Part shown: positions 50,573 through 63,489 of the stretch, one piece after another
Layout: each line of letters starts with the position of its first letter
Numbering within the stretch: the stretch's first letter is position 1
Source: Octopus sinensis
Lineage: Eukaryota
Direction: 5' to 3'
Length of the DNA stretch: 64,000 nt
NCBI RefSeq assembly: GCF_006345805.1
Contig: NC_043000.1
Span: 31,558,001-31,622,000, forward strand
Program-made: the position numbers and the translations under genes
The notes under the pieces: model-generated
The model's input: only the letters and a program-made list of their open reading frames with translations
Told to the model about the DNA's origin: nothing
Database searches by the model: none

Positions 50573-51863
50573 TATATATATATATAATATATATATTATA
50601 TATATATGGTGTCCTGTACTCATATATATATATGCATGTATATATACATATAGATGTAGGTATGTACATATATGTATGTATGCATATGTTTTATTTATTA
50701 AATTGTTATTATATAATTGAACGCCTCGCGTCAATTTCTTATTCTCCAAGTAAGTTTTTATTATAATAATTATGACGCGCACTCTTAACTCTTTACTTGA
50801 CCTTTCCTCCTTGTCTGTCTGTCTTCCTCTCTACCTGTCTCTCTCCTTCTCATTTTTCACCCTTTCTGGTTTCTTTTCCCCTCTCTCTCTCTCTCTCTCA
50901 CTCCTCCTCCTCTCTCTCTCTCTCTCTCTCTCTCTCCTCCTCTCTCTGGCCGCTGACCGGACTACTAAACTTTCTTTCTGCCCGCTGCTTTCAACACCGA
51001 CTTTCTCCTGTCTTCCGCAAGTCGATCTTCAGAATGCGTTCCAACGAATTTTTCCACCGTCTAGGCTTAAAAAAAACCCTTATTGTTGGTTTCCTTGTCC
51101 TGTTTTTATTCTTTATGTGTACTGTTTTTTCGTCATTTGTATTGCTTTTACGTCCTGTTCTTTTCACTTTTTTTACCCTCTGCAAAAGAATTTTATTTAA
51201 TTCATTTTGCAGGAAGGATTGCTTCGGCCGGATCGTGTTCTGCCTTTACCTTCGAAACACGCATTGAGTCGAGCCAGGGGCAGCTGATGAAGGGGAATAT
51301 TCCTTGTATTGTTTGTCTTGTACTCTATTTTTTCGTTGTTAAAAATGTCCGTTTCCTTGTTTGATTTTATGTTTTCGTTTCTCGTTGTGTTCTACGTTTA
51401 TTTGTGGTGTCCTGTACTCATATATATATATGCATGTATATATACATATGGATGTAGGTATGTACATATATGTATGTATGTATACATATGTTTTATTTAT
51501 TAAATTGTTATTATATATATATATATGTATATCAACAATATTGAGCTCACATACACAAGGTATGTTTTGCGAGTTCGTGAACTTTGAATTTAACTAATTT
51601 TGGATCGCCTTGAAAAGGTTGTTTTAGCATGTATTATCGGATATATTCATTTGAGTGATACTTTCCGTATCTAAATATGCTAATGCAACTGAAACGATAG
51701 TCAGTTTTGTATGGTGAAGTCAACAGTTACAGATGTGATTTTCTTATCCGTGCCTTTGTTATATGTACACACACACATACATACATACATACATACATAC
51801 ATACATACTACATACATACATACATACATACATACACACACAGATATAAGTATGTATGTATGT

Positions 51864-52323
51864 AAGCTTCTTGGTGTGGCGGGTGTTTATTGGACACCCT
51901 GCGGGATGAAAAACAGAGCCCGTCAAAGGGCGGAGGAACTCTTGAGAGTCAACGGCCATCCAGTAAATGTCTTAAGGCTGTATCATGCGCGAGGACATAG
52001 AAATAATCGGACTGAATATTCGATCGCGCGGTTAAACCATTGGGAGTGAAGGACTCCTAGCCTTTGTTAGGGCATCCTTCTAGGAGAAGGTAACTCAGGT
52101 AATTGGATAACTCCGACATAAAAGCTGCGGCTCGGTGGTTACCGATGATGTTGACTTGTTCTTCTTTTCGGATTATGGCTGCTGTTGCTTAGTGAGTAGG
52201 ATTGACTCAGTGCACAGCCTTTCCTCTCTTTAAAAACAAATCTTCTTGCACAGACATTGCACGATAACTGCATTGATTAAGCTTCGTGCAATGGCCATAC
52301 TCGATAACGAGGGGGCAGCCACT
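51864..52323 (+). mobile_element. Second, 5'-shorter copy of the 12279-12822 element
   Basis: Colinear high-identity match, with (TATG)n-type tracts on both sides. Confidence 0.55.
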
Positions 52324-52330
52324 ATGTATG

Positions 52331-52361
<31 letters not shown>

Positions 52362-53765
52362 GGACAAGCAGGTTACCAAGTAAATATACAAAGTTTATTA
52401 AATACATTTAATACAAAAAACGTACGTATGTTTACATATAGAAAGGTCTGACTTTCACAGAATAGAAATGATATCAGGAATTAAAGGGTTTGAATACGAG
52501 TTTTACGAGTCCAACAGATATTTCTAGACGCTCGGACAACCACGTCCAGTCTATCACGTGGGCTCGTGAAGCATGTTTTGGAGTCAACCATCACAAGGGA
52601 TTCCATGGAGAAGACGGCCACATTTTTGTTGTTTTGTTTTGTTTTTTTAGGGATATCCTATCAAAGTATGTTTGTATTGTTCACTAGTAAGTATCATATG
52701 TTATCTCCTTGTTGCCGGGAGTTGCTGGTGTTGTAAACAGATTTATGAAATAGAAACCGATGATATATCGATAAAGAAATGCCACCAGATTTCTGGAATA
52801 TGATGAAAATTATCGATTTTCTTAGCCACACCATCAGTAGCTGTCCAGGATGTCAATATGGTTCTATTTCTTACAAAGCGTTGATGTAGCAAAACGAAGA
52901 AAAACAAAGTTAAAATAGATATATAATGTTGTTGGTAGAAACGACGAGATTTACAGCGCCATTGACGTTGGATAGGTTTTCGAAAATAAAGAATATTCAT
53001 TTAACATTCCACTAAGGTCTCTCTCTCTTTCCCTCCCCATCTCTCTCTCTCTTTCTTTTTCCCTCTCTCTCTTTCTACTGCGAACCACATTGACAGTTTT
53101 TCTGGAAACAACAACAGTGAGAACCACATTCGTTGTTGTATAGATTATCGTTCTCACCTAAAGTGTAATTTTAAAACAATATAGATTTGATTATCTAAAG
53201 TGTTTTTTAACCTTATTAGAAATAATCACGGAAGGACGAGGACGAACTATTAGAGATTAGCTAACACTATTCTCTTTCCCCCTCTCTCTCCATTTGGTTG
53301 AACATATGAGAGAGAGAATTCCGATTGCTTCTGTGTCGTAGTCTTCATCACCAGATATACATTGCTTACTGGAACCATATTGACCAGTTTGTAATATAAT
53401 GGTTCCCAGAGTATATTTGAGAAAGTGAGTATTACTATAATTTCACCAGAGTATACTTTGGCCGTTAATTGTTGACACTGTAGTAACTAACTCACTATAG
53501 AGAATGTTTTATACAATATAAAAGTATATAATGTATATTCTGTATAACAATATAGCGTATATTATGTACATAGTGCAGCTATATGGAGAATAATTCACCA
53601 TTTACTTAATGGAATTGTAATAACAAGTTTAGTCTATATATCGTCTATATATGTGTGCTACCAGTCGAAAGCTCCGCATACCAGAAGCCAGCAAGTGTAT
53701 GGGGTCATCAGGAGAAAATGTGCGCCGTTTCGGGGCCTACTTGTCGACTGTATCATTGCGCACCC

Positions 53766-54002
53766 AGAAGGCGGCGAGTTGGCAGAATCGTTAGCACGCC
53801 GGGCGAAATTGCGTTGCCGTATTTCGTCTGCCGTTACGTTCTGAGTTCAAATTCCGCCGAGGTCGACTTTGCCTTTCATCCTTTCGGGGTCGATAAATTA
53901 AGTACCAGTTACGCACTGGGGTCGATATAATCGACTTAATCAGTGTGTCTGTCCTTGTTTGTCCTCTCTGTGTTTAGCCCCTTGTGGGTAGTAAAGAAAT
54001 AG
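53766..54002 (+). mobile_element. tRNA-derived SINE family A, full length with 16-bp TSD
   Basis: Box A TGGCAGAATCGTTAG and box B GAGTTCAAATTCC. TSD GTATCATTGCGCACCC at 53750-53765 and 54003-54018. Confidence 0.9.
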
Positions 54003-54299
54003 GTATCATTGCGCACCCCACCTTCACACCTCACTGACATGAGGCCCCGCTTGCTAGATCAATTGGTTATCAAATATAGCTCAACATCCTTCTAGCTAAT
54101 ATACAATACACAGTGTAGTAATAACTTGCTTTGCGGAATGTTATATAAAGTATGTATAGAGTGTTTGGGACTAAATTTGACTGTCTGTTTAGAAGAAAAC
54201 AGAATTTCCAAAAATAAAAGTATTTTTAAAAATCCAGAAATATCCAGTAGATTATGACTTGGCGATAACAACTTACTCAATGTAACTAACCTTAGCTTC

Positions 54300-54520
54300 C
54301 ACCACGGCCTCAAGACGGAACTTGGCGCATACACTCCTTACTGTGTCCATGGAGATCTTCGAATACCAGCTTAATCTTGGTGTTGCAGTCAGAGTGGTTG
54401 GTGTCTTTCTTCACTGCGCACCATACATAGCAGTCCCTGGGATTACAATCGAACGAATTAGGAGCCCAGAAATAGGGACTGGTATATTCGTAGAAATTCT
54501 CCAACAACCACTTCTATCTC
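54300..54520 (-). mobile_element. Tc1/mariner transposase C-terminal remnant
   Basis: FWAPNSFDCNPRDCYVWCAVKKDTN resembles WPPNSPDLNPLDY.VW. Confidence 0.6.
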
Positions 54521-55089
54521 TTTCCCGAAGTATGACAAAAAAAAAAACGAATCCTGCTTCCACACATATGGCTTTCCAGCAGCAACTCTTTGCAGCTAGG
54601 GACTGACCACAGTCTCTAGCAGCTTCACATAGCCTACTGAATATAAGGCCTTGTTCAAAGATGTGAAGATAAATTCTGGCATGAGTACATGTACAGCAGT
54701 ACATGTCACGCTTTACAGCCTTTACAGTGTTCACAGAGCATTGAGCAGCAGTCATGATGTTGGCATTTTGATATCAGGCGCGAATCGCAATTGATACAGT
54801 TAAGTCTTTTTATAATATTCCGATGCCTTCCAGTCCCCCAAGTTGGCTAACTTTTCTCAACTACATCTTTAATCCTTATGCTCTCCAACGCCATCGACTG
54901 CTTGCTAATACATCAAGCTGATCCTGAAAAGAAGGAAACATAACAATCGTAAAATTTATTCCGAACACCTTGTGTGGAGGACACCATCAACATTACTTTG
55001 TGACATTGAAGTAATAATGTTATGTAAAGCGTATAACTATACAGTGTATAAACAAGAAGTACAAGCAGAGTACAAGAGACGTTTGCAGT

Positions 55090-55400
55090 TAATCAGGGTG
55101 ATGCTCAATGAAGAATGGAAAGAGTAAAAGCAGAACGTTTCGGATATCGACCCTTTTTCAGATATTAGAAGAAAGTCTAGGAGAAGCAAAGAAAGGGCGG
55201 AAACGAAATATAAAAGAGAGCCCAGAAGAATGCACGTGGTTTTGATATAAACTAACGATGTAAAGTATAATCATATGGAGTATATATGCTGAGTACAACT
55301 ACGAAGAGAATGACATCATCATTGGTTATTGAAGTAACAACTTACAATACCGAAAGTTTTCTGGGAAATATCGAACGATACGAGAAGTGTGATAAATGAT
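55090..55400 (-). mobile_element. PLE pLTR-like remnant with degenerate hammerhead (55131-55164)
   Basis: CTGAAAA-A-GGG-tcgata-TCC-GAAACGTT: G8A core change and poor stem I. Confidence 0.45.
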
Positions 55401-55409
55401 TTAACCATG

Positions 55410-55712
55410 AAGGCGCGTGTCTTAATGGCTTGAATATTCGGCTCACGATAAAAATATTGCGAGTTCCATTCCAGCGGTACGTTGCGTCCTTTATTTCACG
55501 TAGTGCCAGTTCCCTCGGCTGGCAAAACTACGTTGTACTTTTAATTCACAGGACCGGCCTTGCCACATACTATGTCACGCTGATTCTCTCAGAGAACAGC
55601 GCTAAAGGTATGCGTGTCTGCGGAGTGCTCAGCCACTTACATTAATTTTACGAGCAGGCTGTTCCAATGATGGGATCAACTGGAACCCTCGACGTCGTAA
55701 CCGATGGACGGC
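55410..55712 (+). mobile_element. Diverged SINE carrying the same 3' module as 21140-21290
   Basis: GGAGTGCTCAGCCACTT...CGAGCAGGCTGTTCC...GATCAACTGGAAC...CGTCGTAACCGA. Confidence 0.7.
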
Positions 55713-55849
55713 GAAAACATAAGGGGCAGATAAAGCACAAGCTTAAAGAATAAATCTCTGGGGCTGGTTATTTCCAAGTAAAAATGTCTTCTTTAAGATG
55801 ATTTGTGAAGAATTGCGAAGTTGAACCATTAATAGAATATACTGCCAAT

Positions 55850-56800
55850 GCTCTCTCAGATATATAACGGACTCTCATAGCAAAAATGTTTCTCAAGAGC
55901 AAAAGTTTCGTCCCAGCAGTGAATTTTCCCTTGTGTTGAAATTTCAAATTATTGGTTTCTGTTACTACTTCAAGGAAACAAACTTATGTGGAGAGTGCTG
56001 TCATCGATCGCATAGATTTCTGTATAATTACTGGCATCGATTTTATCAGTTCAGAGAGGACTGTAGGGTAAAGACGTCCTCTATAAGAACGTAAAGAGAT
56101 ATAACATAATATAAGATATTTTCTTCGGCATGTTAGAGATGTTGTCATCAAAACGATGTTATAAGGAGAAGTCAAGTATCAAAACCTCAATTGCAATGGC
56201 ATCGCAAAAAATCACAGCTTTCAGAAACTTTACCAACTTTCTACAGAGGAAGTGCCTTAATGATACAATATTTCAACAAGTATTTCAAGGTGCCATAAAG
56301 TTAACGATTATATTACATTTTCGAGATGAATGAGGTTTAATATAGCTCAAGAATCAGTCAGTGGTTGTTGTTAATCTGAGAAACAGGCCTGTCTTAAATG
56401 AAAGCAATTTTTTTGTTCAGTTTCATTCTTCCTGTCCGATATTGCCTTTTCTATTGAGAGTACCACATAATCTTGTTTTTAACTCATGAAGCGTGCATTG
56501 AAACCCTGATCGGGTGCCACGTTGTGGATTTTAGAGATGCCCATTTTCCCAGAACTACTTTGAGAAAACGGAATTTTCTTGTGGCAGATTCCAGGCTGTC
56601 TTTTAGATATAATCATGCATCGTTGATTATAAACAGTTTGATTTTAAATTGAAAACACATAAACGTTCCAGTTAAGGGGATAACTAACTAATTACATGAC
56701 TAGTTCAATGTCTTCACATAATAGCTTCCAGTTTAATAGTCTTAATGTCATTGAACTAAACTGAATCTTAGGCGTGCCATAGTTTTCAGAGATGAAATCG
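55850..56800 (-). mobile_element. Decayed Jockey/CR1-group LINE remnant
   Basis: CRRKYLILCYISLRSYRGRLYPTVLSEL resembles the post-RT RR..ASL.LFYRY..G.C..EL motif. Confidence 0.35.
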
Positions 56801-57249
56801 AACCACCTTTGGCAAACAATCGGATGTCTTGAAATTCAGTTTATGAGAAATGGTGTGAAAAGAAAAATTAGCTTCTTTGACGACATCAAGAAGATCTAAT
56901 TTAATTCTTCCTGACTTTTAAAGAAAGTATTTAATCGTGACAAACTAGGAACAACATTTGCTTTGTGTTTTTGAGATTTCAAATGATCTTTTATATACGA
57001 CCTACATCCTTAGGACACACAGAACTTAGCAAAAAGTTATCACATTTTACTCTGCCGGCACAAAGGGATTTTTGTGTTGTTTTTCTTTTGTTTTTTGTTT
57101 TTAAATGTGTAAGCCTTCTTCAGTTCTTCCGTAAATATGTATTTAGTTTTCGGTTGTGTAAACATAAATCAAATTTTTTAAATGGAAATATTTATGAAAT
57201 ATCAAAGTAAAACGAAATATAAAATATGTATTACAGTTGGTTTGTTCTG

Positions 57250-57700
57250 GGATGGTATATGTTCCTGTAAATGTGTGTGAAGGAAAAGGGAATAAAACAT
57301 TGTTGTCAAAATCGAGCAGTTCTCTGTGGCTTGGTTACGACCATGTAAAAGATAAAAGAAAGGATAAAAGATAAAAGAAAAACAGAGTAAGAGAAATGTT
57401 TCAGTCAGTTGTCGGCGGTAAGTTCTACCGGTTCTTCTAGCTATGTTGATGAATTGTCTGTGGCACAGTCGGCAGTCTGTCTCAATTTTTCTTGTAACAA
57501 TGTCTTACATAGGTCGTAATATTATCAGTTATTAATGTGTGAACGGGTGAAAGTTCAGAGAATTCCATTGTTTTTCGCATCCCATGGGAATTTCCTCTAA
57601 CCAACTGGTTTTTCTGGAGACCATCTGTATTCATTTTTGCTTTTTTCTTTTATTCGATCGAAAGAACAGTTCTGAATATTATGGTTTATGCGTATGAGTG
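57250..57700 (-). mobile_element. Decayed PLE RT/GIY-YIG remnant
   Basis: CRLCHRQFINIARRTGRTYRRQLTE resembles C..C..YIGETGR.L..R..EH. EIPMG at ~57585 resembles the RT motif. Confidence 0.4.
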
Positions 57701-58533
57701 AAGCAGAAGGTTTTAATTTCAAATCCTCTTTGGATTATTGCTCCAGGTGTTTCATAATACACTAAGAAAACAAATAGACATCAATACCTAGCGACATTTC
57801 TGACAAGCCAAGATAAAAATCAAAAGAAATAAAATTTTTCCAGATTTCCTTAAAACCGGGACATTATCTCAAATGACAACGTTAATAAACTAGGATGTTC
57901 GATGACCCATTCTTAACACAAATTCATAAGGTTTTTTTTAAGTACTACTAGAGACATATTCGTCACTATATTATAGGTTATTATCTGATCACTATCTCTC
58001 CTTGTATTTCTATCAATTTCTTCCTCAATATACTCACTTCAAAATAACCAAAACTCCCGTCTCCAGCATTTTTTCCACCCCTTAACATTTTCCTAAAATC
58101 TTTCTTCATTACTGACTTCCTTAATGAGTTGTCCTGTACTCTCCAGCAGTCTTTTTCTCGCGACCTAAAAGTACCCGACTTCACCCAACAGTCAGACAAT
58201 ATCGATCCCTTAATCCCTTACAATTATCATATTAAAAGGCTCTCTTTCGTCCTGTTATAAATTCATCGGCCTCCAAAGAATTCGTTTCTATTAAGACTTC
58301 GTCCTCATCGTTGAGTGGCAACTCCACCAAACCATAATTTATCTCTCACACTAAGCAGAGATACCATCCCTATAGTAATGACGCCGCCCACTCATTGACG
58401 TACACCAAAACAATTTCACTATCACAATAACCTCATTAGAAACAATCTCGCAAAATCATTATTATATTCTCTTTCTCATTCTCAGTCTCTCTCTCTTTCC
58501 TTATCTAGTATTCTCTTCCCTTTTCCCTCTCTT

Positions 58534-58580
<47 letters not shown>

Positions 58581-59732
58581 CTTTCTCAATGTCTCTCCCA
58601 TGTTCTCTGACCACAACCTTCTGTTGTATTGTTTCCTCAACGTCACGTTCCCAACAATCTCGCCCGCCTCAGACCCTGTCCAACCTACTTATCAAACTCC
58701 AATACATACATACACACGCACACCCCCACACTTATGTACACAGACGCTCGCGTCACAGACATTCGCACACCCACACACAACACTCAAACACACACACACA
58801 CACACACTTACACACATACACAGTCTGTTCCTCACAAAATGCGATGCACTTCACGCATTATTATAATAAATAACCCTAAAAACACCAAGAACAATACCAA
58901 ATTCCCCATGTGAGATAAACTACAGGAATAGAGTAACGACATAATGGAGCTTCTTTTTATCTCTGTAAAGATCTGCCTGCTCCACAACAAACAGGCGAGC
59001 TTTGTAAGCCTAAAAACCAGTTGACCCAAGAGCAATAATACCATAATAAATGGCACTAATGCTTGTCAAGAGACAAACCATTCTAGTTTCCTTCAACAAC
59101 AAAAACACTATTTCTATTGAACTCTAACTGACGTCTCCAGTTCCCAATCAATAAACGATTAGTTTATTGGCCAATCCTGACTTGGCAATTTTTTTAATTT
59201 TTGTTTTTCGTCTTTTTGTTTATGGTTTTTGTCTCTCTTCCTTTATGCTTTCTTTTTTTTTCTCTCCTTCTGTTACACATCACCGCTCTGCTTCCATGCT
59301 TGGCCTCTTTCGTACGATATTTCTGCAACCACGGCCAGCAGACAGTTCTTCATTTGTACGGTAACTGGTCATAAATCTTGCCACAATCTAACTTCACTCT
59401 GCTCTGAATTCATTCGCTTTCCATTACTACAAGCTGTTTATTTTGCCACCCACATCCGACCATTCTTGCTTCTCAATAGAAATCAACCCCAAAAAAAAAA
59501 AAAAATGAATTTGTTTTCTTTTTCTTTTCTTTTTTTTCTTTTGTGTTTGGTCTCTGTTTCCAACCTTTGTTCTTTGGTAAACCGAAACTGGTGAATAGGT
59601 ATTTCTGCAATAGTTTATCAGACACAGACTCACAGACGTGTGTGTGTGTGTCCTGGATAAGTATTAAGTAAAAACGACAGGAAAATAATAGGACAATCCG
59701 GATACGCTCGTCGGCGATATATATATACATAC

Positions 59733-59764
<32 letters not shown>

Positions 59765-59995
59765 ATTTATATATGTGTGTGTGTGTATATATATATATAT
59801 ACACACACAGACACGCACATACATACACACACACATATATATATATACATATATACATACATACACACACACATATATATATATATATACATACACATAT
59901 AACGATATACATATATATATATATACATACATACACATATTTATATATACATATATATATATATGATGATATATCCACATATACATACACACACA

Positions 59996-60034
<39 letters not shown>

Positions 60035-60186
60035 TAATCAGCCGAAATTACTACGATGATCCGGTTCTTGACTGAAGACTGAGGGGTTCGAATGTCCTGT
60101 CCATGTTTATTGTATCGTCTTCTATGAGTTATACGTTCTTGTCCATGTTGTATTTTTCTACATACCTTAATATATATATATAATAT

Positions 60187-60237
<51 letters not shown>

Positions 60238-60811
60238 CCTACAACAATTTGTCTGAAGTGTTGCCTATTATTTTTATGCATCAAGTTTTACATGAACTTA
60301 TTTACATATGTTTTATCCACGAACTTTTATGGAGTAACTTTTGCCGACATACCCCGCCACCATCCATAACTTGCACTGCCTCCGAACTTTTCTGTGTGCT
60401 TCTATAAGACATCGTCATCATCATCATCTCGAAAAATCACGTATTATTTCAATTTTTTGTGAGTTTTGTGTCCTCAGCCATCCGTTTCAAGAAACACAAA
60501 TGCGCGGTAAGGATTTCAAACTAAGTTTGCAGCAGCCTAACATCTCAGAGCGTTTATTTTGTCCATTAGTCTCTTGGACTAATAATGTAAACAACTTCTC
60601 ACTTCAACAGAGTCCGCAACGTTGATTGGAACGAAATTCGTCACATACTTAGGACGGGACAGCAAGATCGAGAATCGGCCATTGAATTCATTGCTTTATC
60701 TCTAACACTAATAATTTGTAAGCAATGTATGAACGCCACGAATGCTCATATTTCGGATTTAGCTGCTTAGTGCCTAAACAGTTACTATTATTACTACTAT
60801 TGCTTCTGCTG

Positions 60812-61170
60812 ATGTTGAGCGTAGCAGTCTTCTGTAGTGAGAGAAGTCCGAAACGTGGTCCTTTGCTATTCGTAAGACCCGCAGAAGAGAAAGCAGGTCA
60901 ATCCCCGACACCGAGAGCACCGACGGATGGATGAATACGCATCCAAGCTCAGCGGTTGCGTAGGAAGTCGGGGACAAGAAACAAGAAGAAAGAATGAGAG
61001 AAAGTTGGGGCGAAAGAGTACAACAGGGGTCGCCACCACCCCCAGCCGGAGCGTCGTGGAGCTTTAGGTGTTTTCGCTCAATAAACACACACAACGCCCG
61101 GTCTGGGAATCGAAACCGCGATCCTCCGACCGCGAGCCCGCTGCCCTAACCACTGGGCCATTGCGCCTCC
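60812..61170 (-). mobile_element. Family B SINE
   Basis: Same head and body as the other family B copies. Confidence 0.85.
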
Positions 61171-61683
61171 TGCTTCTGCTAATGCATGTAGTGGCGGCAG
61201 CAGCAGCAGTAGCAGCAACGATAGTAGTAGAAGTAGTAGTAGCAGTAGTAGTAGTAGTAGTAGCGCTACTATAGGATTGAAGCTATAAGGAATCTTCTAC
61301 ATGGTTGTTCAGTTTGCAAGAAATAGCAAGTTAATCTCCCTCAAAACACTTTCTCTTGTCTTATATTTGATATTGTAGTCCAATATACCTTTAACAAAGT
61401 TAATTGTCATGGCTGGAACGCTTTATCTTATAGATCTGTTCGATCACAGTTTATCAAAAGTACACTTACTGGCTTTGTAGAGGATGTAGCTTCTGGCGTG
61501 CTCCCCTTCCCAACGGGATGGCCACATCATCCAAATATTTCTCCGCTCAACCCTTACTGTCGGAAGAAAAGGAGAGCAGATAATGGGGTCTTGATATTTT
61601 GTGGGATGAGGGGGTAAGGGCCATCGATTTGAGACCAGCTGTGATGCTAATATGGTGATGATGTTTATTTGAAGCAGCAGAAG

Positions 61684-62075
61684 TGGAGGTGCAATTGCCA
61701 ATGGTTAGGGCAACGGACGCGCGGTCGGGGTATCGCGGTTTCGATTCCCAGACCGGGCGTTGTGTGCGTTTATTGAGCGAAAACACCCAAAGCTCCACGA
61801 TCTCTGGCAGGGGCTGGTGGCGACCCCTGTTGTACTCTTTCGCTCCAACTTTCTCTCACTCTTTCTTCCTGTTTCTTGTCCCCGACTTCCTACGCAACCG
61901 CTGAGCCTGGATACGCATTTATCCATCCGTCGATGCTCTCGGTGTCGGGGGTTGACCTGCTTTCTCCTCTGCGGGTCTTACGAATAGCAAAGAACTACGT
62001 TTCGGACTTCTCCCACTACAGAGGTGCGATCTTGCGAGATCTGGGACGAAGACCGCTTTGCTCAACAGCAACAGC
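61684..62075 (+). mobile_element. Family B SINE in opposite orientation
   Basis: Same head and body read on the + strand, with (CAG/CAA) tail. Confidence 0.85.
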
Positions 62076-62447
62076 TGCAGCAGTTGTAGTAGTATTAATA
62101 ATAGGAGGTTGGTTTCTCTCTCTCTCTTTCCCTCCCTCTCTCTGTACTCTTCAATCAGATGATCCCCTCCGTCGTCAACACCGACTCCTACGTCCGTGGT
62201 TGAGGACGGACACACGACCTCCATTGAAATAAATCCGTGTCTCTATAAATCTATCGGAATTTATTGATAGCAGCATGGCAGCCAACGTAGCAGTATATTA
62301 TCAATCAAATGATTTATCACTGTGCCAATAAACTGATCAAATATTAAGGTTTACCACAGAATATTTCGTACAAGCAAAACGTATTCTTTTTGTTTTTAAA
62401 CTGCCATTACGGATTGCTAGGCAAAGAGATGAACGTTATTACACACA

Positions 62448-62503
<56 letters not shown>

Positions 62504-62779
62504 CACACACACACACACAAACGCAGAAATACACATTCATGGTTGCTCCGCTCGTTGTTTTACAAGAACAATCTTGGAAGTTTAGGATTTTAATAATGGT
62601 TTTATGATGATGGTGGTGATGATGGTGGTGGTAGTAGTTTTGTAGTAGACAGACTACATACATTAAACGTTTACGAGGAAAGGAGTAACTGACTTCGAGG
62701 TTTAAACCTGCTAACCGACGACAGGCGGTACATTTGGCTTTCATTTGGGTTCATTTGGCTTTCATTTTGTCGTTGGCAA

Positions 62780-63159
62780 GTTGTTGTTGCTGTTGCTGTT
62801 GAACGAACGGTCTTCGTCCCAGAGCTCGCAAGATGGGAGAAGTCCGAAACGTGGTCCTTTGCTATTCGTAAGACGCGCAGAAGAGAAAGCAGGTCAACCC
62901 CCGACACCGAGAGCATCGACGGATGTATGAATACGCATCCAGGCTCAGCGGTTGCGTAGGAAGTCGGGGACAAGAATCAGGAAGAAAGAGTGAGAGAAAG
63001 TTGGAGCGAAAGAGTACAACAGGGGTCGCCACCAGCTTCTGCCGGAACCACGTGGAGCTTTGGGTGTTGTCGCTCAATAAACACACACAACGCCCGGTCT
63101 GGGAATCGAAATCGCGATCCTCCGACTGCGAGTCCGCTGCCCTAACCATTGCACCTCCA
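62780..63159 (-). mobile_element. Family B SINE
   Basis: Same family; short internal deletion in the head region. Confidence 0.85.
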
Positions 63160-63489
63160 TTGTTGTTGTTGTTCTGGTGTAGGTGGGACTATGTGAAGTG
63201 TTTATTGGATGTGGTGCATGTAGGCCTGAGGGGTAGGTCTATAGGGTGGGAGATAGAAGAGAATCGACGAAAGAATGTTTGTAAGACTTGGGTTGATAGA
63301 AACATGTTGCCGAACGATTTCACATAGAGATATGACATTTTCAGGTTAATATGTCTATTCGGCCTTCTGTTTTTAGGTTGTCGCCTGTTTCGAAGTTACT
63401 ATCACCTATTCTTGTAAAAGTTTAATGAATATATACACTATAGGCGCAGGAGGGTTGTGTGGTAAGTAGCTTGCTTACGAACCACATAG

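Noticed and set aside
51250-51305. Type II hammerhead reading (GAAAC..GTC..CTGATGA)
   Set aside because: Stem III and stem I do not pair adjacent to the core.
58270-58310. Minus-strand CGATGAGGAC..GTCT..GAAAC hammerhead-like string
   Set aside because: C3/U4 are missing, spacing is wrong and there is no stem I.
6794-60075. Many 60-160 aa ORFs rich in CV/YI/HT/poly-L/poly-N/poly-S
   Set aside because: They are translations of (TG)n, (TA)n, (ATT)n and (GAA)n microsatellites, with no protein-family motifs.
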